From Leucoraja ocellata (Eukaryota), in the NCBI GenBank assembly GCA_036785375.1, contig JAWMAR010000424.1, positions 496,001 through 560,000 of the forward strand: a stretch of 64,000 nucleotides of DNA, given 5' to 3'. Shown one piece after another: positions 52,088-64,000 of the stretch. Every line of letters starts with the position of its first letter. The first letter of the stretch is position 1. The translations under genes and the position numbers were made by a program. Under the pieces are notes generated by a model. It searched no databases, had not been told where the DNA came from, and saw only the letters and a program-made list of their open reading frames with translations.

Positions 52088-55010
52088 TAGGCCTTTCTCA
52101 CGGGGCGACTTGACGCAAGAGTTATCCAGAGGTTAACATCGTGGGAACCTTGTGCGATAACAGTACGGCATTCGTGGACCACCGTGGCGCTAACGGTAGG
52201 TAATCGTGTAACTTGGTGACTCGGGAGAAAATTCAAGCAAGCTTGAATTTCTCCAAGAGTGACTTGTACACTTGTGGTTGAGCATTGCAACATTATATGA
52301 ACGTAGTGGCCAGTGCGATATCCGTGCGATATCCGTAATAACTCTTGCGGTTACCGTGGGAACTCCTGCGAACGGTAATCCCGGAAGCTGGACAGAGGGG
52401 ACAGAAGGTGAGTAAAAATTGTCTTCTGTGGGATTGAATTTAAAAAATAAAGATTTGCATCCGCCTATGGACATCAACTTATTCATGAGTTATGTTAAGA
52501 AAACAACTATAATCTTTAAAAGGGACTTTACTGAAAGGTCCCGCATTTTTATGGTCCGTGAGAAATTTTTCACATGTACTTCTTTGACAGATACAGCTCG
52601 GAGTCCTCGCCGACTAGCGATCGATGCCTTTCCGAAGCAGGGTCCGGAACGCTACCAATCAATGTTCTCCAGAGACCCGTGTAAGGAGTGAACTGCACAT
52701 GCTGGTTTAAACCGAAGACAGACACAAAAAGCTGGAGTAACTCAGCGAGTCAAGCAGCATCTCTGGAGAAAAATAGGTGATGTTTCGGGACGAGACACAT
52801 CTTCAGACTCAATTCCGATTAGGATGTCTGAAGAAGGGTTCCGATTCGAATCGCCACCTATTCTTTATCTCCAGAGATGCTGCCTGACCCGCTGACTTAC
52901 TCCAGCTTTTTATGTTTTTCTTCCCAGATCTGACTTAGGTAACTTACACTCTCTCTCTCCCCCATGGTCAGGATCGAACCCTGGTCTCTGGGGCTGCGAG
53001 GCAGCAACTCTACCACTGTGCCGCATGTAGTCAGATTTAATAAATTGCTGGTGTTGCTTCCAAAGACAGGCATTGATAATATTAGATCAGAATTGCATCT
53101 TTCTGCTAATAGTCAATTATTACTCAATTAATAATAGAATCAATTATTGTTGGTGACATTTCACCTACGAATATCAGACTATTTTCACAGAGGTAAGGGC
53201 CAATTAGGCATAGCAAAACGTATGAACACTTTTAAACATTTTTTTCCGACTATTTTGTCAAATGCAAATACAGGGAGAATGATCAAAGTGCTCACATGGC
53301 TCACTCTGTTAGAAGCGTTCTGAGTTTAAATGTTCCGTGTATTCCTTCTTATTAAATTTTTGTGTGGCCAGGGGTGCGATTGAGAACAGCTGGGAAAGGG
53401 CGGAGGGGGCGTCACGAATAACAGCGTTTCCCTGGCCATATTATGGCCCATTTCCCAACCGTTACATTAATCAAGCTCTGTCTAACTCCGCCTTCACACC
53501 ATCCCCCTGTGACATGGGTTAGTCATCGCTGGGCCGGCTGTGGGCCGAATGGCCTGCCAACGGGAGTCAGAGACTGACACTGAGATCCATTGTGCAGGAA
53601 GGAACTGCGGATGCTGGTTTTTACCGAAGATAGACACAAACGCCACCTGTTCATTTTCTCCAGAGATGTTGCCTGACCCATTGAGTTACTCCAACATTTT
53701 GTGTCTGTGTTCACTATGAACATTTAATTATTTGATTTTAGGTAACTTACACTCTCTCTCTCTCCCCCGCCCACCCCCTCCTGCCCCCCCCCCCCCATGC
53801 AGTAAATGTCGGTTAACCAGTCCAAGATTTGCAACGCTGGTTCCCTCTTGGGATCACACTATCCTAGCCAACAATTGGCCTATCAGGGAACCAAATATAG
53901 ACATAAAGTGCTGGAGTGACTCAGTGGGTCAGGCAGCATCTCTGGAGGAAAGGGTTAGGCGACATTTCGGGTCGGGACCCCTCTTCAAAATACCTTGCTG
54001 AGGTCATCTGTTGTTGGCCCTGATTTGTCCCGGTCTTTTCTTGCTTCCAGTTCCCCCCTACAATCATCCCGAAGAAGGGTCCCGACCAAAAATGAAATCT
54101 ATTCCTTTTCTCCAGAGATGCTGCTTGGCCCGCTGAGTTACTCCAGCATTTTGTGTCTAACTTGCTGATTCAGACAGTTTTTGATTATCAAGGATTCTGC
54201 GCTGACTCTTTACAAGTACCACAGATCCCCACCTTTATAAATTTCTATCTGGCAGTGTTTTCTGTCTCAGGAATTTCAGCCCTTTGTCTGTAGTTACTGT
54301 CATAGAATAGAATAGTTTCTTTATTGTCATTGTAACATGGGCCATGTACAACGAAATTTAAAATGTCAGCCAGTCAGTGCAGCATTCAAACATTTCTAAA
54401 GCTAACGAAACATCCACGGTAAAATAATAAAGATAAGCAAATAAATAAATATCACAGACAAAGCACGCATACACACCCAACCCTCCATCCTTCTGTCGAT
54501 TTCACTGTTACCACAGTCCCTTAGTCTGTATCGCCCCTGCGTTCCATCAAATATAGACAAAGGGCTGAAATTCCTGAGACAGAAAACACTGCCAGATAGA
54601 AATTTATAAAGGTGGGGATCTGTGATACTTCTGAAAAACACATTGGAAATTTAAACTTGGGCGCAACTAACATCGTCTAAGTAATGTGGCATCTTCCTGC
54701 AGTCAAGTCACGGCATTAGTACAGGCATATCTCCAAATGAGCCAATTCAACCAAGGGAGGATATTTATAGTGTGTGGAAAAAAAAAGTGACATCATTTGT
54801 GCCACGTGACACTTCACAGCTCACAATGTTCATTCAAGATTTAACGGGAAAGCTCGGGAGACGGACAAGTCACTCGCACAAATAACAGAAATGCCGAGTA
54901 CCGTGGGAACTCTTTATCTACCCCCCGTTATATCGTGTGATATCGTGCTAGACCACGACCACTTCACTCTGGTTACATCTTGCGTCAAGTCGCCCCGTGA
55001 GAAAGCGCTT
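52088..55010. mobile_element. Non-autonomous PIF/Harbinger-like DNA transposon nested in Penelope
   Basis: TIRs of about 43 bp (core ctttctcacggggcgacttgacgcaaga) at about 52089-52131 and 54967-55009; TAA at 52085-87 and 55011-13. Confidence 0.8.
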
Positions 55011-57837
55011 TAATACCGCCGCCGGACCCGACCTACCCGACATCGCCGCCGCACTGGGCCCGCCTAACATCGACGTCGGACCGGGGCTCCCCCACCATGG
55101 CCGCCGCAACGCACCCGACTCATCTCGCCGCCGACCCGCCGACCATCCGCCCACGACCTCCCACACATCGCCCGCGGACCCCGACTCGACTGCCACTGGA
55201 CTCCGACCATCGGGTCCACTGACCCGCGCCACTCCCCTCCAGCAACCCACAGCCGTCGCCTTACCTGGAGCCTGGACTCTGTACTGGGCCTGGAGCCTCC
55301 ACGCTGCTCACTCCCACTCTCCTGGGCTCAACTCCACTGGGTCCTAGTGCCCGTCTGCCCAGCCTCGCTAACCTCAGTGGCTGTTCCGCTGACTCTCCCC
55401 ATCCCCTTCCAACTATGTCACCCCCGCTCTTCCCCACCCACATTACATCCCTCTCACCCCCCAACCCCCCTCCCACCCACCACCCCCCCAACATCCACAG
55501 CCCCCCCCCCCCCCCCCCGACACGTCCCCAGTCCACCCACCTGCCTTCCTCTGGCCCCAACTCCCATCCCTGTCAGGTGTTCACCATCCCCCCCGACCTC
55601 CCCCTCTCCAACACCGAACGGTCTGTCCTCAGCAGAGGTCTTACCTTTGTCCTCCTCCGTCCCCATCTCAATGAGTTCCGTGCCCACCATAACTTGGAGC
55701 GCTTCTACCGTCGCCTCCGCCTCACAGCGTACTTCCATGGGAAGGAGTCCACGCCCCCCAATGATGACCCCTTTTCCCATCTCCAACGCACCCCCTCCTC
55801 GTGGAACCCCCCTCGTAACGTCCCGGCTCTGGAACTCTTTATCCAGAACTGCCGCCACGACGTTCTCCACTCCCTTGTCTCACTCTAATCTTTCCCCCTC
55901 TGCACTGCCATTGAATCACTCCACAAAAACCCAGATTGGGTTATCAAACCAGCCGACAAGGGAGGTGCCGTGGTAGTTGGCGCCTCGATCTCTACCAAGC
56001 TGAGGCCACGCGCCAAATCTCGGACACCTCCTCCTACTTACCCTTGGGCCACTGATGAGCACCAGGCCACCATATCTAGCACCATCATCGACTTCATCAA
56101 TTCCCACGCCCTGCCCGACCAAGCTTCCAACCTCATCGTTCCCCAGCCCCACACGGCCCGTTTTTACCTTCTCATCAAAATCCACAAACCCGGCTCTCCC
56201 GGCAGACCCATTGTCTCTGCCGGTTCATGCCCCACCGAACTCATCTCCACATACCTTGACTCCATACTATCCCCCTTGGTCAAATCCCTTCCCACCTATG
56301 TTCTAGACACCTCAGACACTCTCCGCCGCCTCCACGCATTCCACTCTCTAGGCCCTCACCCCCTCATCTTCACCATGGATGTCCAGTCACTCTACACCTC
56401 CATCCCCCACCAGGATGGCCTCAAAGCCCTCCGGTTCTTCCTCGACCAGAGGAGCAACCTATACCCAGCCACTGACACTCTCCTCTACCTAGCGGAGTTG
56501 GTCCTCACCCTCAACAACTTTACGTTTGACTCCTCCCATTTCCTCCAAACACAAGGCGTAGCTATGGGCACATGCATGGGCCCCAGCCTCTTTGTCGGGT
56601 ACGTTGAACAATCCTTGTTCAGTATGTTCCAGGGCCCCCATCCCCGACCTCTACCTCCATTACATTGACGACTGCTTTGGAGCCACCTCCTGCACCTACA
56701 CACAACTGACTGACTTCATCCACTTCACCACCGACTTCCGTCCTGCACTCCAATACACCTGGACTATTTCTGACACTTCCCTACCATTCCTTGACCTCAC
56801 CATCTCCATCGCAGGGGACAGACTTCTCACCGACATACACTACAAACCAACTGACTCACATGGCTATCTGGACTACATGTCTTCCCACCCTGCCTCCTGT
56901 AAAGACTCCATCCCCTACTCCCAATTCCTCTGTCTACGCCACATCTGTTCCCAGGATGAGATGTTCCACACCAGGGCATCAGAAATGTCCTCGTTCTTCA
57001 GGGAACGGGGATTCCCCTCCGCCATCATAGATGAGGCTCGCACCAGGGTCTCATCCATACCACGCAACACTGCTCTCTCTCCCCATCCCCGCTCTCGCAA
57101 CAAGGGCAGAGTCCCCCTGGTCCTCACCTTTCACCCCACCAGCCGGCAAATACAACACATAATCCCGCGCCATTTCCGCCACCTCCAATGTGACCCCACC
57201 ACTCGCCACATCTTCCCATCTCCCCCTATGTCTGCCTTCCGCAAAGACCGGTCCCTCCGCAACTCCCTTGTCAATTCTTCCCTTCCCTCCCGTACCACCT
57301 CCTCCCCAGGCACTTTCCGTTGCAACCGCAAGAAATGCAACACCTGTCCCTTCACCTCCCCCCTCGACTCCATTCAAGGACCCAAGCAGTCGTTCCAGGT
57401 GCGACAAAGGTTCACCTGCATCTCCTCCAACCTCATCTACTGCATCGGCTGCTCTAGATGTCAGCTGATCTACATCGGGGAGACTAAGTGGAGGTTGGGC
57501 GATCGTTTCGCCGAACACCTCTGCTCAGTCCGCAATAACCAACCTGACCTCCCGGTGGCTCAGCACTTCAACTCCCCCTCCCATTCCCAATCCGACCTCT
57601 CTGTCCTGGGTCTCCTCCATTGCCAGAGTGAGCAACACCAGAAATTGGAGGAACAGCACCTCATATTCCGCCTGGGTAGTTTGCGTCCTGATGGCATTAA
57701 CGTTGAATTCTCCCAATTTTGCTAGCCCTTGCTGTCTCCTCCCCTTCCTTAACCCTCAAGCTGTCTCCTCCCATCCCCCTGCCCTCGGGCTCCTCCTCCT
57801 CCCTTTTTCCTTCCTTCTCCCCCCACCCCCCATCAGT

Positions 57838-57865
57838 CTGAAGAAGGGTTTCGGCCCGAAACGTC
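57838..57865 (+). ncRNA. Minimal hammerhead-ribozyme-like motif of Penelope 3' end
   Basis: CTGAAGA-A-GGGtttcggCCC-GAAAC-GTC gives the catalytic core, stem II and GUC triplet. Stem I is weak. Confidence 0.55.
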
Positions 57866-57967
57866 GTCTATTTCCTTCGCTCCATAGATGCTGCTGCACC
57901 CGCTGAGTTTCTCCAGCAATTTTGTGTACCTTCGATCTTCCAGCATCTGCAGTTCCTTCTTGATAAC

Positions 57968-58528
57968 CAAAAGTCTTTGTCTTGTTTGTGCCCACGATGT
58001 GTCTCTGCCTGTGTCTCTGTGTCAATCTGGTTAATTCCTATCTTCTTCCAAACGCTAGGTCACAGCCTTCCCATTTTCACACATCCTACTCACATTTTTC
58101 CCGCGGTGGCGATAAACATCTTCCTGTCGCATTTCTTCCTATATTTCCAAAGTTATTCGCGATTAATGCTTTAAATATGCCAACTTTAACTGCATTTTTA
58201 CTGTCAAAATCCTTTCTCCCAGCTCCCAACACACATCAATACAAAGTTGCAAGACAGGAACACTCTGAATTACACCTCAATGGGATATTTGAACAGGAGG
58301 GGGAGGGGGAGGGCCAATTGGTATTGCAATTGAAAGTGCTGCAGCAGGCAAGGGAGGTGCAATTGGATTTTTTTTCAAGTCCACTGCTGAGCAAGGTAGG
58401 TGAGTGCTGAAATCTTACATTCAGGAACGCCTTCAGTTGCGTTAGGGGAACGGGTGAGTGGTGGAATATTGCGTTGGGGGGCCACACCGTTGGGGGGAGC
58501 AGACCTAACGGGTCTTCACTTGGTCTAG
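57968..58528 (+). mobile_element. Non-autonomous Helitron (same family as 27676-28385)
   Basis: Ends agacctaacgggtct..tggtCTAG|t at 58525-28; shares internal sequence with the 27.7-kb copies. Confidence 0.75.
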
Positions 58529-60139
58529 TTTCAACTAAAATTATATTTCAGCAACATGTGAATTGCACAAATTTAGAAGAAATATTTTGAACCAATATAA
58601 CAACCATATTTCTATTACATAATTAAAAAAAATAATTTTATTGGTACCCTCGACATATTCCTGCAGTATTAATTCTGTATTGTTCCTGTCACAAATTGTT
58701 TTTATTCTATATTGCAATGGTTCAAATAATAAATGTATTTAAATATATCTCACAATTAACCCCAATACAAATTCACCCAGTGATCTGAGATCAGTGATAT
58801 TTTCTGCCTCAACTATTTATAGTTTTGTTCTGAATTATATGACTACTTTGTCGGGATCCGCAGACTTGCCGTATTGTCTGGTTTGCCAAAATAACAGCGG
58901 TGACAGCATCGACAAGGAGGGAGGGGGCTGGGATACTGGTCTGCAGAGTTGGCCTCAGGTGCCGGATATGGGAACAGATCTGCCGGCTCCGGCCGGGCTG
59001 GAGTTCCAGAGCCCCGGCCACAGGGGGCAAAATCAACCCACTGATCAGCATGGAAGTCCCAATGAGGTCGAGATCGGGCCACCTGACCTAGGTACCACAT
59101 TTTCCAGGGGACTTCGAGGGGGATTTCAAATGTGTTCTTGTAATTTTGTCCGGATTAAAGGAGATGCCGGACCACTGGTTGCTGGAAAATCAGTGGTGAA
59201 TTTGTATATATTATGTTTATTATTGTCACCTGTATCAAAGTACAGTTAGTTTTACATGCTATCCAAAACATATCAGATATACCATACATAAATATAATCG
59301 TCAAACTCAAGCAGAATAGGAAGATACACAGTGCAGAATCAGTTCCAGAGACAAAGTCCAATGTCCGCAATGGGGAAGAGGTGAATCCTCTGGTACCCTA
59401 GCTTATGGAAGGATCATTCAGAAGCCTGATAACAGGGGGAAGAAGCTGTTCCTGAGTCTGGTGATGCACGCTTTCAATCCTATGTACCTTCTATAAGTGG
59501 GATCACATAGGCATAGTGTGAACGGGTGAGCGTTGGTCAGCGTGGACTTTGTGGGCCAAAGGGCCTGTTTCTATGCTGTACCCACTCCCGCTCCCTTGTC
59601 TCCCTTCCTGATGCTTCAAGTCCCACCACGATCAGTAGCTCTGAACTGCTGCAGCTCAATATCCTGGACCCTGCCCCCACTTCCATCCCCCCCCCCCCCC
59701 CCCCCCCCCCCCCCCACACACCAAACTGCAGCCTCAGTATTAAACTGCAGATGCTGTAATCCTGAGCAATGCACAAAGTGCACCTGAAACTCAGAAGGTC
59801 AGACAGCGTCTGTGGAGGGAATGGACAGAAGACGTTTCGGGTCGAGAATGTCACTTGTCCATTCCTGACCCGCTGAGTTCCTCCAGCACTTTGATTTGTG
59901 TACAATATTCTACAGAATGTAACTTATTCTAAGTTACTAATTTATTCTACTGATCAGATTGGTTCATTTCCTCTGGAATTAGCACAAGGTTTCGGGTCGA
60001 AACCTTTCTTCAGACTAATTGTAGTCGTGGGGTGAAAGCTTGAAAAGAAAGTTGGGGTGGGACAAAGCCTGGCAAGTGATAGGTGGATACAAGTGTGGGA
60101 ATGGAGTGAGTGGCAGATGGGTGGAGAGGGCGATAAAGG

Positions 60140-60880
60140 CCCAAGCCACCCCCTCCCCAGCTACTTACCCCGGCAACCGCAGGAGATGCAACACCTGGCC
60201 CTATACCTCCCCCTCGACTCTGTCCAAGGACCCCAACAGTATTTTCAGGTGAGGCAGAGGTTCACTTGCACTCCTCCAACCTTATCTACTGTATCTGCTG
60301 TCCCAGGTGTGGACTCGTGTATATCGGCGAGACGAACCGCAGGCTCAGCGATCGTTTCATTGAACACCTCCACTCAGTCCGCTTAGACCTACGCAATCTC
60401 CTGGTTGCTAAACACTTTAACTCTCCCTCCCATTCTCACATTGACCTTTCTGTCCTGGGCCTCCTCCATTGTCAGAGTGAGGACCAACGCAAATTGGAGG
60501 AACAGCGCGTCATATTTTGCTTGGGCAGCTACACTCCAGTGGTATGAATATTGATCTCTTTACATAACCCTTGCTTTCCCTCTCGCCCCGTCCCTCCCCC
60601 ACCCTGGTTCTTTGATTAGTTTCACTGTCCTGATTAATTTTACTGATTGTATGCCTCGTTGTCACTTTCCCTTCAGCGAACAATGAACAATGAACCATTC
60701 TACATTTCCTTATCATTTGTCATTTTCTCACCTTACCGTTCCACATCTCTCCCCTGACTCTGTCTGAAACGTCACCTATTTCTTCTCTCCAGAGATGCTG
60801 CCTTTCCCGCTGAGTTACTCCAGCATTTTTTTTGTGTCTATCTTCAGTGTATACCAACATCTGCAGTTCCTTCCTACAAA
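60140..60880 (+). mobile_element. Penelope 3' fragment (GIY-YIG)
   Basis: ORF 60266-60547: NLIYCICCPRCGLVYIGETNRRL. Confidence 0.85.
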
Positions 60881-61174
60881 TGGAAGTTCGGAGGTCATAG
60901 AAACATAGAAAAATAGGTGCTGGAGTAGGCCATTCGGCCCTTCGAGCCAGCACTGTCATTCAATATGATCATGGCTGATCATCTAAAATCAGTACCCTGT
61001 TCATGATTTTTCCCCCATCATTCTTGATTCCTTTAGCTCTTAGAGCTAAATCTAACTCTTTCTCGAAAACATCCAGTGAATTGGCTCCACTGCTTCTGTG
61101 TCAGAAAATTCCAGATTCACAACTCTCTGGGTGAAAACGTTTTTCCTCGTCTCAGTCCTAAATTCGGAGTGGCG

Positions 61175-61374
61175 NNNNNNNNNNNNNNNNNNNNNNNNNN
61201 NNNNNNNNNNNNNNNNNNNNNNNNNNNNNNNNNNNNNNNNNNNNNNNNNNNNNNNNNNNNNNNNNNNNNNNNNNNNNNNNNNNNNNNNNNNNNNNNNNNN
61301 NNNNNNNNNNNNNNNNNNNNNNNNNNNNNNNNNNNNNNNNNNNNNNNNNNNNNNNNNNNNNNNNNNNNNNNNNN
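61175..61374. other. Assembly gap (200 N)
   Basis: Run of N. Confidence 1.
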
Positions 61375-63114
61375 TGTATCACTCTCTTCCATCACAAGTA
61401 GATACTGTCTCAGCCATTGAGAATGATCATAATCCTGGTACATTTGTGGTTTGGTGGGGAAGTTTGGTGCTGGTCTTTCATTGACTGCCTAGTAATTCAT
61501 ACAGATGTTTGTGGCCCTGGCCGTGCAAGCTTTGGGAGACCCTGATAGAAATATCTAACATGATTAGAGGCATTGATAGGTGTCGAAGTCAGAACCGTTA
61601 TCCCAGAGTGGAAATGTCAAAGACTGGAGGACATAGCTTCTAGGTGAACAGGGCGAAGATTAAAGAATATGTGCAGAGCAAGTTTTTTTAAACAGAGAGT
61701 GTCTGGAACACGCTGCCAGGGGTGGTGGTGGAGGTAGATACCATAGTGGCATTAAATCGGCTTAAATGGTCACATAGATATACAGGGAATGGAGGGATAT
61801 GGATTATATACAGGCAGATTAATTTAATTTGGCATCATGTTCAGCATGGACATTGTGGGCCGAAGGGCCTGTTCCCGTGCTGTACTGTTCTAAATTTGTT
61901 CTTTCCATATGCCATTAAAGCATAGTTTTTTTCAGTTGCCTAGTTTTTCTATATTTTTCTCATTTTTTCCTTTCTATGTACATTAGCTTAATCTCTTAAT
62001 CTCTCCTTTCCAATATGCAGCAGCAGGATTTACTTTATTGCCTGTTCAGATCTGCTCTGATCAGCGACAACCTCTTCCCCCCCCCACCGCACTATCCTAC
62101 ACATTACGGACAATTTACAATCTTACCAAAGCCAATTAACTTTCAAACCTGCACGTCTTGGATTGTGGGATGAAACCGGAGCACCGAGAGAAACCAACAC
62201 AGGTCACAGGGAGAAAGTACAAACTCTGTATATACAGCACTTGTATACACAGCACGATTGATCCCAGGCTTTTGGCGCTGTAAGGCTGCAACTCTACTGC
62301 TGTGCCACTATGCTGCATCTAAAACTAACTATCACACACCACTCTTCTGTATGTGTGGGTGAGTCGAGTCAGAAATTGAGGTGTGAATAGTCCTGTAAAC
62401 CCTTGAGTTATTTCTGATTGCAGCAGGTCATGGAATCACTAATTGGAATTCCTATGCCTTTAATTAAAGGGGATATAAATTGCACAATTATGGTTTCAAT
62501 GTATTTAATAACTGTCCCCCCCCCGCCCCTTCCACCAAAATTCCTCCCTCCATGTTACATTTCACTCCTCCCCTTCTCTCCTTATCTGACATATTTTGTC
62601 TCCTTATCACCTCTAGCCTTTTGTCCACCCATCCTCAAATCAGTAAAAATCCCTCCTCACCTACCACTTTGTCCAACCCCCATTTTCTTATCATCTTTCC
62701 CCCACTACAATCAGACTGAATGAAGGTCCAGACCCGAAACGTCACCTATCCATGTTCTCCAGAGAAGCTGCTGAGTTACTCCAGCACTTTGTGTTCTACA
62801 CAACATTTTGGCATCTGCAGTTCCTCGTGTCGCCTCTTTAAAATCCTGTCCACGTCTATTGTTATTTACTATTGGCAAAAATGAAGGAGTCTGCAAATAA
62901 AGAAGGTTATTTCACGTGGCATGGTGTTTGTGGATATGCTGATTCTTAGTGTTTTACATTCCAGAACCTGTGGAATATTCGTCAACAGGGGCTATTCTTG
63001 GAGTTTTATTTGCTGGAATTATTCTATGCGCACTAATTGCCTTTGGACTCTATGTTTACTTCGTGAAATACAAACCAGGTAATTTGACAAATGGAGAATG
63101 TTCCTCAATGCGTT
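61375..63114 (+). repeat. Duplicated block homologous to 21460-22910
   Basis: Colinear match from tgtatcactctcttcc to ttcctcaatgcgtt, with scattered substitutions and several indels of tens to about 100 bp. Confidence 0.92.
62965..63078 (+). CDS. Second copy of the TM exon (paralog or alternate haplotype)
   Basis: 114 nt, matching 22761-22874 except AGA>AAA (R>K), with splice sites intact. Lies in a duplicated block right after the gap. Confidence 0.7.
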
Positions 63115-63338
63115 CAGAGTAAAGGGGGCTGAATACTTTTGCACGCCACACTTTTCAGTTTTTTATTTGTAAAAAAATTTGAAAACCATGTATCATTTTC
63201 CTTCCACTTCCCAATTATGCGCCACTTTGTGTTGGTCTATCACATAAAATCCCAATAAAATACATTTACGTTTGTGGTTTTAACATGACAAAATGTGGAA
63301 AAGGTCAAGGGGTATGAATACTTTTGCAAGCCACTGTA
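63115..63338. mobile_element. Tc1/mariner terminal fragment
   Basis: Ends ..gaatacttttgcaagccactg followed by TA; internal direct repeat gaatacttttgca. Only one end is present. Confidence 0.7.
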
Positions 63339-64000
63339 TGTGAAGTGAAAAGGATTAGTTAAAACAAATGTAGGTCCCCTTGCAGTCAGAAACAGGTGAA
63401 TTGATCATGGGGAACAAGGACATGGCAGACCAATTGAATAACTACTTTGGTTCTGTCTTCATTAAGGAAGACATAAATAATCAGCCGGAAATAGCAGGGG
63501 ACCGGGGGTCAAATGAGATGGAGGAACTGTGAAATCTAGGTTAGCTGGGAAGTGGTGTTAGGTAAATTGAATGGATTAAAGGCCGATAAATCCCCATGGC
63601 CAGATAGGCTGCATCCCATAGTACTTAAGGAAGTAGCCCCAGAAATAGTGGATGCATTAGTGATAATTTTTCAAAACTCTTTAGATTCTGGAGTAGTTCC
63701 TGAGGATTGGAGGCTAATGTAACCCCCCCTTTTTAAAAAGGGAGGGAGAGAGAAAACGGGGAATTACAGACCAGTTAGTCTAACATCGGTAGTGGGGAAA
63801 CTGCTAGTCGGTTATTAAAGATGGGATAGCAGCACATTTGGAAAGTGGTGAAATCATTGGACAAAGTCAGCATGGATTTATGAAAGATAAATCATGTCTG
63901 ACGAATCTTATTGAATGGATAAGGGAGAATCAGTGGATGTGTTATATCTGGACTTTCAGAAGGCTTTCGACAAGGTCCCACATAAGAGATTAGTATACAA
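63339..64000 (+). mobile_element. CR1 ORF2 fragment (runs off window)
   Basis: Homologous to 3390-4200 (aattacagaccagttagtc..gactttcagaaggc). Confidence 0.85.

Larger units (their letters stand above)
51392..57961 (+). mobile_element. Penelope-like retroelement (N-terminal domain, RT, GIY-YIG endonuclease, 3' pLTR-like end), frameshifted and interrupted
   Basis: RT KIHKP..GRPIVS..FTMDVQSLYT..GVAMGT..YIDD; GIY-YIG NLIYCIGCSRCQLIYIGETK; hammerhead-like motif at 57838-57865. Flanked by gataac at 51386-91 and 57962-67. Confidence 0.9.

Noticed and set aside
59052-59067. 16-bp match (ggaagtcccaatgagg) to the candidate exon at about 41800
   Set aside because: The flanks do not align; treated as chance.

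Overview
Repeat-dense vertebrate genomic DNA. The repeat content (CR1 LINEs with an esterase ORF1, fish-type L1, Tx1, Rex1/Babar, Penelope, tRNA-SINEs, Helitrons) points to a cartilaginous fish, probably a skate or ray; this is an inference. One host gene can be reconstructed on the + strand from stop-free, phase-1 exons: an NCR3LG1 (B7-H6)-like gene. Its exons are IgV (16393-16728), IgC1 (18015-18335) and TM (22761-22874), followed unusually by two more C1-set Ig-like exons after the TM (23661-24098, lacking both canonical cysteines; 29532-29909, Cys/Trp intact) and candidate tail exons (41778-~41859, 43764-43903). The signal-peptide exon was not located. After a 200-N gap, a diverged second copy of the intron plus TM exon (61375-63114) indicates a paralog or second haplotype. 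Almost everything else is nested transposable elements. These include a Penelope element (RT + GIY-YIG) with minimal hammerhead-like motifs that are also scattered across the window, head-to-tail Helitrons, and Harbinger/hAT/Tc1-type DNA elements.
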